A DNA stretch of 63,828 nucleotides, the filler included, from a bacterium (GTDB lineage Bacteria > UBP15 > UBA6099 > JAJRTR01): NCBI GenBank assembly GCA_024278215.1. It is 3 parts of 3 records of this genome, joined end to end, with 100 filler letters (N's around TTAATTAATTAA, not from the genome) between each part and the next. Parts side by side here need not be neighbours in the genome. Positions count along the whole stretch, not along the records: positions 1 to 19,119 come from JAJRTR010000043.1; positions 19,220 to 49,043 come from JAJRTR010000045.1; 1 more part is not named here. One strand, given 5' to 3'. The position numbers were made by a program, and so were the translations under genes. The stretch's first letter is position 1. Every line of letters starts with the position of its first letter. Below the pieces are notes generated by a model that saw nothing but the letters and a program-made list of their open reading frames with translations, was not told the DNA's origin and did not search any database. Below, piece after piece: positions 10,192-19,884 of this stretch.

Positions 10192-11535
10192 ATGGATGTT
10201 GTCTTATTGTCACGGTTGCAGTTCGCGGCTGCAACAGCGTTCCACTTTATTTTTGTCCCGCTCACACTGGGGTTGTCGCTGATTATCGCGTTGATGGAAA
10301 CAAAATATGTCCGCACCGGTGATGTGACGTACCAGCGAATGGCGAAGTTCTGGGGAAAAATGTTCCTGATCAATTTCGCTATAGGGATCGTCACGGGGAT
10401 CACACTCGAATTTCAGTTTGGCACGAACTGGTCGCGCTATTCGCAATATGTCGGCGATGTCTTCGGATCGTTACTGGCCATCGAGGCGACCGCGGCGTTT
10501 TTTCTCGAATCGACATTCATCGCAGTATGGGCCTTCGGCTGGAAAAAACTTTCTGCGAAGATGCACGCGCTCACTATATGGCTCGTCACCATCGCGTCGA
10601 GTGTATCGTCGATATGGATAATTATAGCAAATTCATGGATGCAGCATCCGGTAGGATACACGATCCGCAACGGGCGCGCCGAAATGACGGATTTTATGGC
10701 GATAGTCACCCAGAAACTCGCCTGGATGACCATAGCGCACACGCTTTTTGGAGCTTTCATTTTCGCCGGTTTCTTTGTGATGGGCATCAGCGCTTACCAT
10801 CTGCTGCGAAAACAACATCTGGACGTTTTTCGCAAATCGTTCCGGTTCGGGCTTGTGTTCACGACAATATTTGCGTTCGCAATTGTTGTGCAGGGGCACT
10901 TCCATGGAGAGAACGTTTATCACCAGCAGCCTGCTAAACTCGCCGCTATGGAATCATTGTGGGAAACTACCGAAAGTGCGCCGATGTATCTGCTGACGGT
11001 CCCGGATGAAAAGAATGAACGTAACAAAGTAGACCTGTTGCCGATCCCCGGACTCATGAGTCTGCTCGCGACCGGTTCCGCCGATGCCGAACTCAAGGGG
11101 CTGAAGGATTTCCCGAAAGATGAGCGGCCTCCCGTCGCCCTTGTGTTCTACGCATTCCGCCTGATGGTCGCCTGCGGTATGTTTTTCCTGCTGCTTGTCG
11201 CGGTCGGCTGGCTGCTCGGCGACAAAGTCGAGACAAAACCGCTGTATCTCAAGCTGCTGATACTGGCCATACCTTTGCCTAATATAGCGATACAGGCGGG
11301 CTGGATCGTCAAGGAAGTCGGTCGCCAGCCGTGGATAGTATACGGTGTAATGAAAACATCCGAAGCCGTCTCTCCGGTGCCCGCCGTAAATGTCGCAATA
11401 TCGCTTGCGGCTTTTATCCTTGTGTATTCACTGCTCGGAGCGGCGGCGATATTTCTGATATACAAAGCGGCGGTGAACGGACCAGTGCCGCTGCCCGCAG
11501 ACGCGAAAACGGCAGACTCGAAAGGAGGGCGGTAA
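10192..11535 (+). CDS. cydA: Cytochrome bd ubiquinol oxidase subunit I
   Basis: LSRLQFA..FHFIF, EFQFGTNW, QPAKLAAME, EVGRQPW. Confidence 0.97.
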   Translation: MDVVLLSRLQFAAATAFHFIFVPLTLGLSLIIALMETKYVRTGDVTYQRMAKFWGKMFLINFAIGIVTGITLEFQFGTNWSRYSQYVGDVFGSLLAIEATAAFFLESTFIAVWAFGWKKLSAKMHALTIWLVTIASSVSSIWIIIANSWMQHPVGYTIRNGRAEMTDFMAIVTQKLAWMTIAHTLFGAFIFAGFFVMGISAYHLLRKQHLDVFRKSFRFGLVFTTIFAFAIVVQGHFHGENVYHQQPAKLAAMESLWETTESAPMYLLTVPDEKNERNKVDLLPIPGLMSLLATGSADAELKGLKDFPKDERPPVALVFYAFRLMVACGMFFLLLVAVGWLLGDKVETKPLYLKLLILAIPLPNIAIQAGWIVKEVGRQPWIVYGVMKTSEAVSPVPAVNVAISLAAFILVYSLLGAAAIFLIYKAAVNGPVPLPADAKTADSKGGR

Positions 11536-11538
11536 GCT

Positions 11539-12558
11539 ATGGAAATGATATGGTTTATAATCTGGGGTATACTCTGGTCTGTATACTTTGTCCTCGACGG
11601 CTTCGACCTCGGCATCGGCGCGTTGATCCCGTTTCTGGGCAAAAGTGAAGAAGACCGCCGCGTGATGGTGAACGCCGTTGGGCCTTTCTGGGACGGCAAC
11701 GAAGTCTGGCTCATCACAGCGGGCGGTGTGACGTTCGCCGCGTTCCCTACGGCATACGCGGTAATGTTCAGCACACTCTATTCACCGCTACTGCTGCTCC
11801 TGTTCGCCCTGATTTTCAGGGGCGTCAGTCTCGAATTCAGGCACCATGTCGACAGTCCCGGCTGGCGCGCGCTCTGGGACAGGTGTTTCTTCCTCGGCAG
11901 CGCGTTGCCCGCAATACTGCTCGGCGTTGCGTTCGCCAACATATTTAAGGGTATCCCTTTCGACAGCGAATATGTTTTTCACGGCACGATCCTCACGCTG
12001 CTTAATCCATACGGACTGCTCGGCGGTGCGCTGTTCCTGCTTCTGTTCGTAGTCCACGGCAGTCTCTGGCTCGCGACAAAATCAGACGGCGACCTGCAAA
12101 AACGCGCGGGCCGCGCGGCATCGGGCGTGTGGCTGGTTCTCCTTATTATCGCGGTCGTCTTCCTGGTCGCCACATGGTTCAAGACCGGTCTTTACGACAA
12201 TTATCTGGATCACCCCGCGCTGTTCATCATACCGCTGCTTGCAGTAGCCGGTCTCGTTCTGACACGCATTTACATAGCTGCCGCCGCATGGCTCAAAGCC
12301 TGGTTCGCGTCGGCGCTCACAATATTCGCCTGCGCCATGTTCGGCATAATCGGACTCTATCCGAACATATTCCCGTCGAGCCTGGACCCCGCGATCAGCC
12401 TTACTGTCCTGAATGCTTCATCCAGCCCGCTCACACTTAAAATCATGCTCGGCGTGGTCCTGATATTCGTTCCCATAGTTATCGCATATCAGACCTGGGT
12501 GTATTTCCTTTTCAAAGGTGTTCCCGATCATGATGAATCCGGGCACGGCGCGTATTGA
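11539..12558 (+). CDS. cydB: Cytochrome bd ubiquinol oxidase subunit II
   Basis: LDGFDLG, PFWDGNEVWLI; directly follows cydA. Confidence 0.97.
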   Translation: MEMIWFIIWGILWSVYFVLDGFDLGIGALIPFLGKSEEDRRVMVNAVGPFWDGNEVWLITAGGVTFAAFPTAYAVMFSTLYSPLLLLLFALIFRGVSLEFRHHVDSPGWRALWDRCFFLGSALPAILLGVAFANIFKGIPFDSEYVFHGTILTLLNPYGLLGGALFLLLFVVHGSLWLATKSDGDLQKRAGRAASGVWLVLLIIAVVFLVATWFKTGLYDNYLDHPALFIIPLLAVAGLVLTRIYIAAAAWLKAWFASALTIFACAMFGIIGLYPNIFPSSLDPAISLTVLNASSSPLTLKIMLGVVLIFVPIVIAYQTWVYFLFKGVPDHDESGHGAY

Positions 12559-12634
12559 AACAAACAAGGAGTTGTAAGTCGCTCGTTATCACCGTTCCCG
12601 GCGGGGACGCAGGGCGGAGCCTTCCGCCCGGTAA

Positions 12635-13924
12635 TCACATGCCGCTTTTCTTTGTGATGAACTCGACGAAGTTGGACTTCAGTTCCTTATTGAGAAGTAT
12701 CTTTTTCGAGAGCGGCATTCTGAGTACCGCACCGAATATATTCTTAAGAAACTCTCCCGTGTTTCCGTCGACATCGTCGAAAAGGAAATGTTGCAGCTTA
12801 CCGCGTTCGATGGCCATTGTGAGTATCCTGTCGAGCGTCGATTGCGGTGTCAGAACTTTGCGGTTCTTCCGCTTTTTCATAGTCAGCGCATCGAACTTGC
12901 AGGCGCTTTCGCACACGCCGCAACCGAGGCAGATCGACTTGTCAACTTCAGCCCACTTTATTTTCTTCCCGTTCTTGCCCGGTTTTTCTTTTATTGTTAT
13001 TGCATTGATCGGGCAGCGTCTCGCGCACTTGCCGCAGCCTTTGCAGGCGTCTGTGTCGACGGAAGCGATGAAACCGGTGGTATGGACGGCGTTTGATATG
13101 CCGTGATTATTTATAGCGCCGAGCATACCGCAGCAGCAGCCACAGCAATTGCAGATGAATGTCGGTTCCCTGACGATATTGTCGGCGATATGGACGAGGC
13201 CGTGTTCGCGGGCGGCGGCGAGCAGGTCGAGCGCTTCTTCTTTTGATATTTCGCGGCCGAGATTTTTGCTTGTCAGCCACTCCGCGCCCTGGCCGAGAGA
13301 GAGGCATATCTCTTCGGGCTTGTCGCAGCCTTTGCCGGCGTGCTGCGCCTTGTGGAGACAGTAGCAGAGTGATACAGCGCGCTTTTTCGCTTCGGAAACG
13401 ATCATCGACGCGCGTTCCCAGTCGAGCACTTCCGTGATGTCGTCATCCGGGAGCGCGGTTTCGTGGACGAGTGCCCGGCCGACCTGTGTTTGCTGTTGAA
13501 ACACTTCATGCGCGAATATATCATCGTTCTCGAATATATTGTGCATTGCTTCGGCGAGCTCTTTCTGCGGCAGGTCTTCGCGGCGGCGCATGAGAGAGAA
13601 CTCGAAGAAACCGACAACTGTCGGTGGCAGCATGTAAAATGTTTTTCCGCTTCTCTGGTGATGAAAATCCATCATGCTGCCCTTGAACGACATTTCAGTC
13701 AGGATTTTTTCAACTTTATCTTTCTCGATTCCAGTTCTACGCGCGATCTTGCCGGCGGTCGCGGGCGCCATCGGCATCCGTGACGCTATGCGCGCTTCTT
13801 CTTCTGTGAAAAGAAGCCTGAGTACTTCATACATATCTTTCGTTTCAGGCGCGCCGACCGGATACCTATCCAGCCTTTCGCGCAGTTCGATGTATTCCTT
13901 CTTTATATTGTTCAGGTGAGCCAT
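12635..13924 (-). CDS. 4Fe-4S dicluster-binding protein with N-terminal helical/wHTH-like region
   Basis: CYC..C..C, CNCCGCCCG and two CxxCxxCxxxC ferredoxin motifs; GGAGG RBS before ATG 13924. Confidence 0.85.
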   Translation of the reverse strand: MAHLNNIKKEYIELRERLDRYPVGAPETKDMYEVLRLLFTEEEARIASRMPMAPATAGKIARRTGIEKDKVEKILTEMSFKGSMMDFHHQRSGKTFYMLPPTVVGFFEFSLMRRREDLPQKELAEAMHNIFENDDIFAHEVFQQQTQVGRALVHETALPDDDITEVLDWERASMIVSEAKKRAVSLCYCLHKAQHAGKGCDKPEEICLSLGQGAEWLTSKNLGREISKEEALDLLAAAREHGLVHIADNIVREPTFICNCCGCCCGMLGAINNHGISNAVHTTGFIASVDTDACKGCGKCARRCPINAITIKEKPGKNGKKIKWAEVDKSICLGCGVCESACKFDALTMKKRKNRKVLTPQSTLDRILTMAIERGKLQHFLFDDVDGNTGEFLKNIFGAVLRMPLSKKILLNKELKSNFVEFITKKSGM

Positions 13925-14062
13925 TACCGCCTCCGTATCGAATCGCCGCCTGCCGACTTCGATCAAGATATTATTACGAATTCTACATTATCCAGCTTTT
14001 TGCTTACAACTGATACATTATAAGGAATTACCGACGGATTTATCCATTATCATGTTTTTGGG

Positions 14063-14091
14063 TTTACAATCTGAACTTGCGACATTAAAAT
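14063..14091 (+). promoter_or_regulatory. Putative sigma-70 promoter
   Basis: TTTACA-N17-TAAAAT upstream of the CDS at 14179. Confidence 0.4.
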
Positions 14092-14178
14092 CAATGTATA
14101 TGTAAGCCAACATCACCACGCTATATTATAAGGAACCGAATTGTAATATGCAGCGTGAAATGAAAGGGAGAATATCAC

Positions 14179-14679
14179 ATGAAGCTCGAGAAGATAAGTG
14201 CAGTAATGGCGGCGTTTGCGTTGATTTTCGTTTTTTCGACTGCGGTTTTTGCGCAGACGCTCGAGACTAAAAAGGTGGAACCGGCGCAGTTCGATTATTC
14301 ACGGCTGGCGGTCGCGCTGGAACAATCAGGACTTCAATACCAGAAACTCGCTCTGAATCACTGGTCGATGACAATTATGAACGGCGATAAACCTGTCAAG
14401 GTTTCTATCGCTACAAACAAAGATATCATATCCCTTATGATAGGCATTATCCCCGCGCCGAAGGAAGCTTCAGCCGAGTTGAATAAAGCTCTTTTGGACC
14501 TCAACAATAAGTACTACTTCGTGAAGTTCGTCGATGATGGTACGAATATATATTCACGCGTAGATATTCTGCTTGTATCGGTTAACGGCGCTTCACTGGC
14601 GAATCTCGGCACGCGACTGGTGATGGCGACGAGTGACGAGGCAGAAGGTATAACTAAACTGGTTCCTGCTGCTGAATAA
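14179..14679 (+). CDS. Secreted protein with YbjN-like domain
   Basis: Signal peptide (..TAVFA|Q); LLDLNNKYYFVKFVDD pattern resembles the YbjN/T3SS-chaperone fold. Confidence 0.6.
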   Translation: MKLEKISAVMAAFALIFVFSTAVFAQTLETKKVEPAQFDYSRLAVALEQSGLQYQKLALNHWSMTIMNGDKPVKVSIATNKDIISLMIGIIPAPKEASAELNKALLDLNNKYYFVKFVDDGTNIYSRVDILLVSVNGASLANLGTRLVMATSDEAEGITKLVPAAE

Positions 14680-14703
14680 TATTTTGCCACGGGGTTTTGT
14701 CAA

Positions 14704-15204
14704 ATGAATGTTTTTCTGCTCAGACATGGAGCATGTGAGGATATATGTGACGGTGTCGAGGACGCTGCTCGCGACCTCACCCCGGAGGGGGAGGCGGCGA
14801 TCAGGGATTCACTGCCCGGAATGAAACAGCTCACAGGGCAGGTGGATTTTATTCTCACCAGCCCGTTTGTCCGGGCCGTCCGGACTGCGAATATTGTTGC
14901 CGGGTACTTCAAATGTACGGACTTCATTCATCCCCTCGACGCTCTGGCCGAACGGGGAAACGAAGAGAAAATAGCCTCGGAACTTAACCGGCTTATCGGC
15001 AAGGAAAACATTGTTGTCGTCGGGCACATGCCCCATCTCGCCGAATTGGCGGAATACCTGGTCGGCGATACGTACGAGGGCGGGATAGTTTTGAAAAAGG
15101 GCGGCATGGCAAAAATTTATATTCAGGGTTTTCCCGCGAAAAACAGCGGAATGCTGAGATGGGTTATGACTGGCGATGAACTGCGCACTTCCGGCGAAAG
15201 GTGA
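14704..15204 (+). CDS. sixA: Phosphohistidine phosphatase SixA
   Basis: LLRHG, RDLT, TSPFVRAVRTA, VVGHMP. Confidence 0.9.
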   Translation: MNVFLLRHGACEDICDGVEDAARDLTPEGEAAIRDSLPGMKQLTGQVDFILTSPFVRAVRTANIVAGYFKCTDFIHPLDALAERGNEEKIASELNRLIGKENIVVVGHMPHLAELAEYLVGDTYEGGIVLKKGGMAKIYIQGFPAKNSGMLRWVMTGDELRTSGER

Positions 15205-15412
15205 TCCGGCTCAGGTATAGCGATATTCAGATTCACACCATATCTATTGTTTCCGGCACTGTGGGGATGATCTTTCAAGCTGATTATTGCGCTCCTTTTC
15301 CCAATGCTTCCGTTGTCTACGCCTTTACTTTTTCACAATCAAACATTATTTTATGAATGGATCCGGTGCGTACTGCACGTGAATTTTGCCGCGCCGGAGC
15401 GGGAAGTGTTTA

Positions 15413-16228
15413 TTGCTGAAAGCGCTGTCATTTCTTATCGCCGTCGCATACCTCGTTTCGTGCGGGGCTTTTTTCCGTGTCTATATCACTGAAAATACGG
15501 GCCTGAGAAAAACCGCCCGGTTTATTTCAATCGCGGCTGTTGTGATGCATTTCGCATATCTTGTCGCCCTGACTGTCATTACCGGACACCACCCGATAAC
15601 CAACATGTTCGAGGCGCTCACGACGCTTGCGCTCATGATCGTGCTTGTTTTTTTCTACATCGATTTCCGCGTCGGGGCGAAAACAGTCGGCATACTGACT
15701 TTTTTCTTTGCCTTTATTGCACAGACCGTTTCATCAATCTTCATACGGTTTGAGCCCGGAAATTATGAGATGATGCGCGGCCTGATCCTACCGGCGCATG
15801 TGTATCTCGCCCTGCTCGGCTATGCGGCGTTCGCTACGGCTTTCCTTTACAGCATCATGTACCTGATGTTGTACGGAAATATAAAGTCGAGCAGTTTCGG
15901 CAGGCTTTTCCGGCGCTTCCCTTCGCTCGAGGAACTCGATGAAATGAACTATCGCGCTATTGCCATCGGTCTGGTGCTCATGCTCATATCAATAATACTC
16001 GGTTTTGTCTGGTCCTACAGAACATTCGCTGCGTTGCCGCTGTGGGACGCGAAAGTCATGTTTACGCTGTTCACCTGGATGGTCTACGCGGCGATAATTG
16101 TGTGCAAATACTTCTTTGGCTGGCACGGACGGCGCAACGCGATTCTCGCAGTGTGTGGTTTCATACTTGTTATGACCTCGTTCAGTCTCATAAACACGCT
16201 CGCAGGCTCTTTCCACGTTCATTTCTGA
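15413..16228 (+). CDS. ccsA: Cytochrome c biogenesis/heme-handling membrane protein (CcsA/HemX family)
   Basis: HV..ALLGY, PSLEELD, WDAK..W..Y, GSFH; upstream of hem genes; start uncertain (TTG 15413 or 15386). Confidence 0.85.
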   Translation: MLKALSFLIAVAYLVSCGAFFRVYITENTGLRKTARFISIAAVVMHFAYLVALTVITGHHPITNMFEALTTLALMIVLVFFYIDFRVGAKTVGILTFFFAFIAQTVSSIFIRFEPGNYEMMRGLILPAHVYLALLGYAAFATAFLYSIMYLMLYGNIKSSSFGRLFRRFPSLEELDEMNYRAIAIGLVLMLISIILGFVWSYRTFAALPLWDAKVMFTLFTWMVYAAIIVCKYFFGWHGRRNAILAVCGFILVMTSFSLINTLAGSFHVHF

Positions 16229-16250
16229 ACCGGCGCGGCGGGAGGTTTTA

Positions 16251-16892
16251 TTGGAAGAAAAAAAGAAAAATATGTACCCGGTTTTTCTGTCTCTTGCGGG
16301 CAGGAAGTGCCTTGTAGTGGGCGGCGGCGGCGTGGCAGTGCGTAAGATCGCTGCGCTCGTTCGGACGGGTGCCGATGTCACTGTTGTCGCTCCCGATGCC
16401 GATAAGCGAATACAAGAAATGGCCGGGCGGAACGAAATAACATGGGAGCGGAGACAGTACGGGAATAAAGAAGCTGCGGACTATTTTATTGTGGTCGCGG
16501 CGACTGACAGTCGTAGTGTGAACACGTGCGTGAGCAAAGATGCGAGGGAGGCGGGCAGGCTGGTGAATGCTGTCGACATGCCTGACCTGTGCGATTTTTA
16601 TGTCCCTTCCGTGATCACGAGAGGTGAACTGCAGATAGCGATGTCTACATCCGGGGCGTGCCCGGCGATGGCGCGGAAGATACGCGAAGACCTCGAGTCG
16701 ATGTTCCCGGAAACTTACGGCCCGCTGCTGGCGCGCCTGCGCGAGTTCAGGAAGGATTTGATGGAGAAAGTGCCGGAGTGGGACGACAGGAAAAGGATTC
16801 TGGCGCAGGTGGCCGGGTCGGCTGAAGTGGAAAAATATTTGCAGGGTGACTGCTCACCCCTCGAGGAGATGTTGTCGAAATGCATCTCATAA
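16251..16892 (+). CDS. sirC: Precorrin-2 dehydrogenase/sirohydrochlorin ferrochelatase (CysG N-terminal type)
   Basis: YPVFL..LVVGGGGVAVRK, VNAVDMPDLCDFYVPS, STSGACP. Confidence 0.92.
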   Translation: MEEKKKNMYPVFLSLAGRKCLVVGGGGVAVRKIAALVRTGADVTVVAPDADKRIQEMAGRNEITWERRQYGNKEAADYFIVVAATDSRSVNTCVSKDAREAGRLVNAVDMPDLCDFYVPSVITRGELQIAMSTSGACPAMARKIREDLESMFPETYGPLLARLREFRKDLMEKVPEWDDRKRILAQVAGSAEVEKYLQGDCSPLEEMLSKCIS

Positions 16893-18163
16893 TGGTGGGC
16901 ATAAACCACGAGACGGCCCCTGTGGAGTTTCGCGAAAAACTCGCGTTCAATCATGATGAATGCACGGAAGCGCTCGCAGCTCTTAAAAAGCGTGATTATG
17001 TCTCCGAATGTATCATGCTCAGCACCTGCAACAGGACAGAACTGTATGTGCGCACATCACCTGATGCACCGCTGGACAGGGACGCTGTGTCTGAAGCGCT
17101 GGCTGATTATTTGACCGAATGCAAAAATGTTGAAACGCTGAACCGCGATCTTTTTTATGTGCGTTATGACAAATATGCGGCACGCCACCTGTTCAGGGTG
17201 GCGGCGGGCCTCGAGTCGATGATCAAGGGCGAGGCTCAGATACTCGCGCAGGTCCGCGACGCTTACAGCACGGCCTGCAAAGTACGCAGTTGCGACTTCT
17301 TCACGCACAAGTTGATGCACACCGCGTTCAGGGCCGGAAAGCGTGCACGCAGCGAAACCGATATCGGTATCGGTGCCGTTTCCGTCAGCCTTGCCGCGGT
17401 CGAGCTTGCCGAAAGAATATATCGAAAACTCTCGGAGAAAAAAGCGCTCGTGGTAGGCGCGGGCGAGATGGCGCGGCTCACTGCCGAGCATTTCATGAGT
17501 AAAGGTATACGCTCCCTGACCGTCGCAAACCGCACTCTGGAAAAAGCGGAGACGCTATCGAGTGAACTTGGCGCAAGGGCTGTTCCGTTCAAGAACCTCG
17601 TCGAGGAAATATCGGAAGCCGATGTTGTCATCACTTCCACAGCCGCTCCTTATTATATTATCAATCCCGGCATTATGCAGGTGGCGATGAAGCTGCGCCG
17701 CAACAGGCAGATATTCCTTATCGACATTGCTGTGCCGCGCAATATCGACCCGAAAGTCAAGCGCCTCTACAACGTGTTTGCGCACGACATCGACGACCTG
17801 AACCTTATCGTGGACCGCAATCTCGAACGCCGCCGCGCCGAGATGCCTCGCGTGGAACGCATCGTCCGGCAGGAACTCGAATCCTTTCAGAACTGGCACT
17901 CTTCGCTCGGTGTCACTCCTACAATAAAGGACCTTGTCGGCACTATTGACGAGATAAGGCGCGAAGAGATAAAAAAGAGCGCGAAATACTTTGACGATGA
18001 GCAACTTGAACACATTGACGCTTTGACTAGGAGTATCGTGAAAAAGATTCTTCATCATCCCATAACCAAGCTCAGGGAGAGCGGAAACGGACAGTCGGAC
18101 GGCACTTTCTGGGCCGACACGGTAAGGAATATATTCAACTTGAGGAAAACGCCTGATGAATGA
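16880..18163 (+). CDS. hemA: Glutamyl-tRNA reductase
   Basis: LSTCNRTE, GLESMIKGEAQI, GAGEMA, DIAVPRNI. Confidence 0.97.
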   Translation: MHLIMVGINHETAPVEFREKLAFNHDECTEALAALKKRDYVSECIMLSTCNRTELYVRTSPDAPLDRDAVSEALADYLTECKNVETLNRDLFYVRYDKYAARHLFRVAAGLESMIKGEAQILAQVRDAYSTACKVRSCDFFTHKLMHTAFRAGKRARSETDIGIGAVSVSLAAVELAERIYRKLSEKKALVVGAGEMARLTAEHFMSKGIRSLTVANRTLEKAETLSSELGARAVPFKNLVEEISEADVVITSTAAPYYIINPGIMQVAMKLRRNRQIFLIDIAVPRNIDPKVKRLYNVFAHDIDDLNLIVDRNLERRRAEMPRVERIVRQELESFQNWHSSLGVTPTIKDLVGTIDEIRREEIKKSAKYFDDEQLEHIDALTRSIVKKILHHPITKLRESGNGQSDGTFWADTVRNIFNLRKTPDE

Positions 18164-19088
18164 CATAGTTGCCGGAACGCGACGCAGCAGACTTGCGCGC
18201 ATACAGACAGAGATCGTAATGAATGCTTTGAAATCCGGGCGCGCGAATCTTGAGATCGAAGAAAAAATAATTGTTACAAAAGGTGATAAGATTCTCGATG
18301 TGCCGCTCGCGAAGATCGGCGATAAAGGATTGTTCACACGGGAAATCGAGCAACAGTTGCTGGACGGCGAAATTGATTTCGCGGTACACAGCTACAAGGA
18401 CCTCCCGACAGAATTGCCGGAGGGACTTGCCATAGGTGCCGTGCTCGAGCGGGAATCTCCGGGCGATGTGCTGATTGCGGAACCGGGCATAAATATCGAA
18501 ACTCTGCCGCCGGGCGCGAGAGTCGGAACCAGCAGTCTGCGTCGCAGGGCGCAGCTTCTTCATGCGAGGCCGGATGTTAAACCTGTCGATGTGCGCGGGA
18601 ATGTAAACACCCGGATCGAAAAATTTGAAGCGGGTGAATATGACGCTATACTCCTTGCAGAGGCGGGCGTGAAACGAATGGGACTGACTGATAGAATCGG
18701 ATCGAGAATCCCTTCGGATATATGGTATCATGCGGTGGGGCAGGGCGCGATTGCTGTTGAAATACGCGAGGATGATGAGCGGATGCGGGAATTACTGCGC
18801 GTGCTCGAACATGCTACGACACGTTGCGCGACCGATGCCGAGCGCGCACTGCTTGCAGGGCTCGAGGGTGGTTGCCAGGTACCGGTGGGTGTGCGGACTG
18901 GAGTGTCGCGTGGCGTTTTGAAACTGTTCGGAATGGTTGCCGCGCTGGATGGTTCGCCGTTTATTACTGCGCGGATCGAAGGCCGCGTGGAAGACGCTTC
19001 GGAACTTGGAATGAAACTTTCAGATAAATTGCGCGCAATGGGCGCGACTGAAATACTCGACGACATTAGGCTGTGCGAAAACAGATAA
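18156..19088 (+). CDS. hemC: Hydroxymethylbilane synthase
   Basis: GTRRSRLA, KGLFTREIE, AVHSYKDLP, GTSSLRR, LEGGCQVP. Confidence 0.97.
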   Translation: MNDIVAGTRRSRLARIQTEIVMNALKSGRANLEIEEKIIVTKGDKILDVPLAKIGDKGLFTREIEQQLLDGEIDFAVHSYKDLPTELPEGLAIGAVLERESPGDVLIAEPGINIETLPPGARVGTSSLRRRAQLLHARPDVKPVDVRGNVNTRIEKFEAGEYDAILLAEAGVKRMGLTDRIGSRIPSDIWYHAVGQGAIAVEIREDDERMRELLRVLEHATTRCATDAERALLAGLEGGCQVPVGVRTGVSRGVLKLFGMVAALDGSPFITARIEGRVEDASELGMKLSDKLRAMGATEILDDIRLCENR

Positions 19089-19097
19089 AGGGACAAT

Positions 19098-19119
19098 GTG
19101 ATGCGGGATAAAAAAGGGA
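19098..19119 (+). CDS. 5' stub of the next gene (probably cobA/hemD), cut by the gap
   Basis: AAGGGA RBS then GTG/ATG CGG GAT AAA AAA GG; identity inferred only from its position after hemC. Confidence 0.3.
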
Positions 19120-19219
19120 NNNNNNNNNNNNNNNNNNNNNNNNNNNNNNNNNNNNNNNNNNNNTTAATTAATTAANNNNNNNNNNNNNNNNNNNNNNNNN
19201 NNNNNNNNNNNNNNNNNNN
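19120..19219. other. Artificial contig linker
   Basis: N run containing TTAATTAATTAA (stops in all six frames). Confidence 0.97.
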
Positions 19220-19656
19220 ATAGAGCGCAAGGACGGCATCGAAAAACGATTGGCCGGGCTTCACCTCGAGGAAGGCTCTCTCGTGCTCTACGATCTGACG
19301 AGCACTTATTTCGAGGGCCGCGCGTGCCCGCTTGCCGCGCGTGGCTACAGTCGCGACGGCGCAACTATCGTCCGCCGCCGCCCGCAAAGACTGCACAAAA
19401 CGAACAGACGACGACTATGCTGTACAGATCTTCAGGAAAGTGCTTACAAATCTCGGCACCATCACCCTCAATCTCGTACAACCGAAAGTGGCTGGAGCCG
19501 AAACATTTTACAAAATAGCCCGTCCCACCAGATGTCAGCAACGAGCACTGGACCTACTGGACATTCGCCTGCGCGTACCCAGTACGCGCACATAAGAAAA
19601 TACAAATATCCCGATAAACACTGGCTTTATTGCGTTTTCACGTTGGGAAGTTCAGG
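19220..19656 (+). mobile_element. Internally deleted IS1634-family transposase remnant with right end
   Basis: LVLYDLTSTYFEG..CPLAARGYSRDG joined in another frame to a C-terminal ARPTRCQQRALDLL segment; ends GGGAAGTTCAGG. Confidence 0.8.
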
Positions 19657-19659
19657 TTA

Positions 19660-19837
19660 GAGCCAATTACAAAATTGTGTTCGTAGTGAGGTCGAGCGAA
19701 TTTGTTCAGAGCAAGGCGGAGGTGTAAAATCCTCGAAGGTGTACTTGTAGAGTACGTCGAGGATGATTTTATGCCGACAACGCAGCTATGGACAGTAGCA
19801 ACCGACCGCAGCAGAATCAGAATTTTGCAATTGGCTC
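19660..19837 (+). mobile_element. 178-bp MITE, copy 1
   Basis: TIR GAGCCAATT(A/G)CAAAATT; 4-bp direct repeat GTTA on both flanks; homologous to 31341-31518 and 63688-63828. Confidence 0.88.
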
Positions 19838-19884
19838 GTTAATATAATTTTAAAAACAATGCCGTTCAGTTATAATCTTAAGAT

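Noticed and set aside
19164-19175. TTAATTAATTAA palindrome and the ORFs ending in it
   Set aside because: Assembly linker, not biological
19825-19848. MITE-supplied outward -35 (TTGCAA) forming a hybrid promoter with TATAAT
   Set aside because: The spacer is only 12 nt; no suitable -10 at copy 2 either
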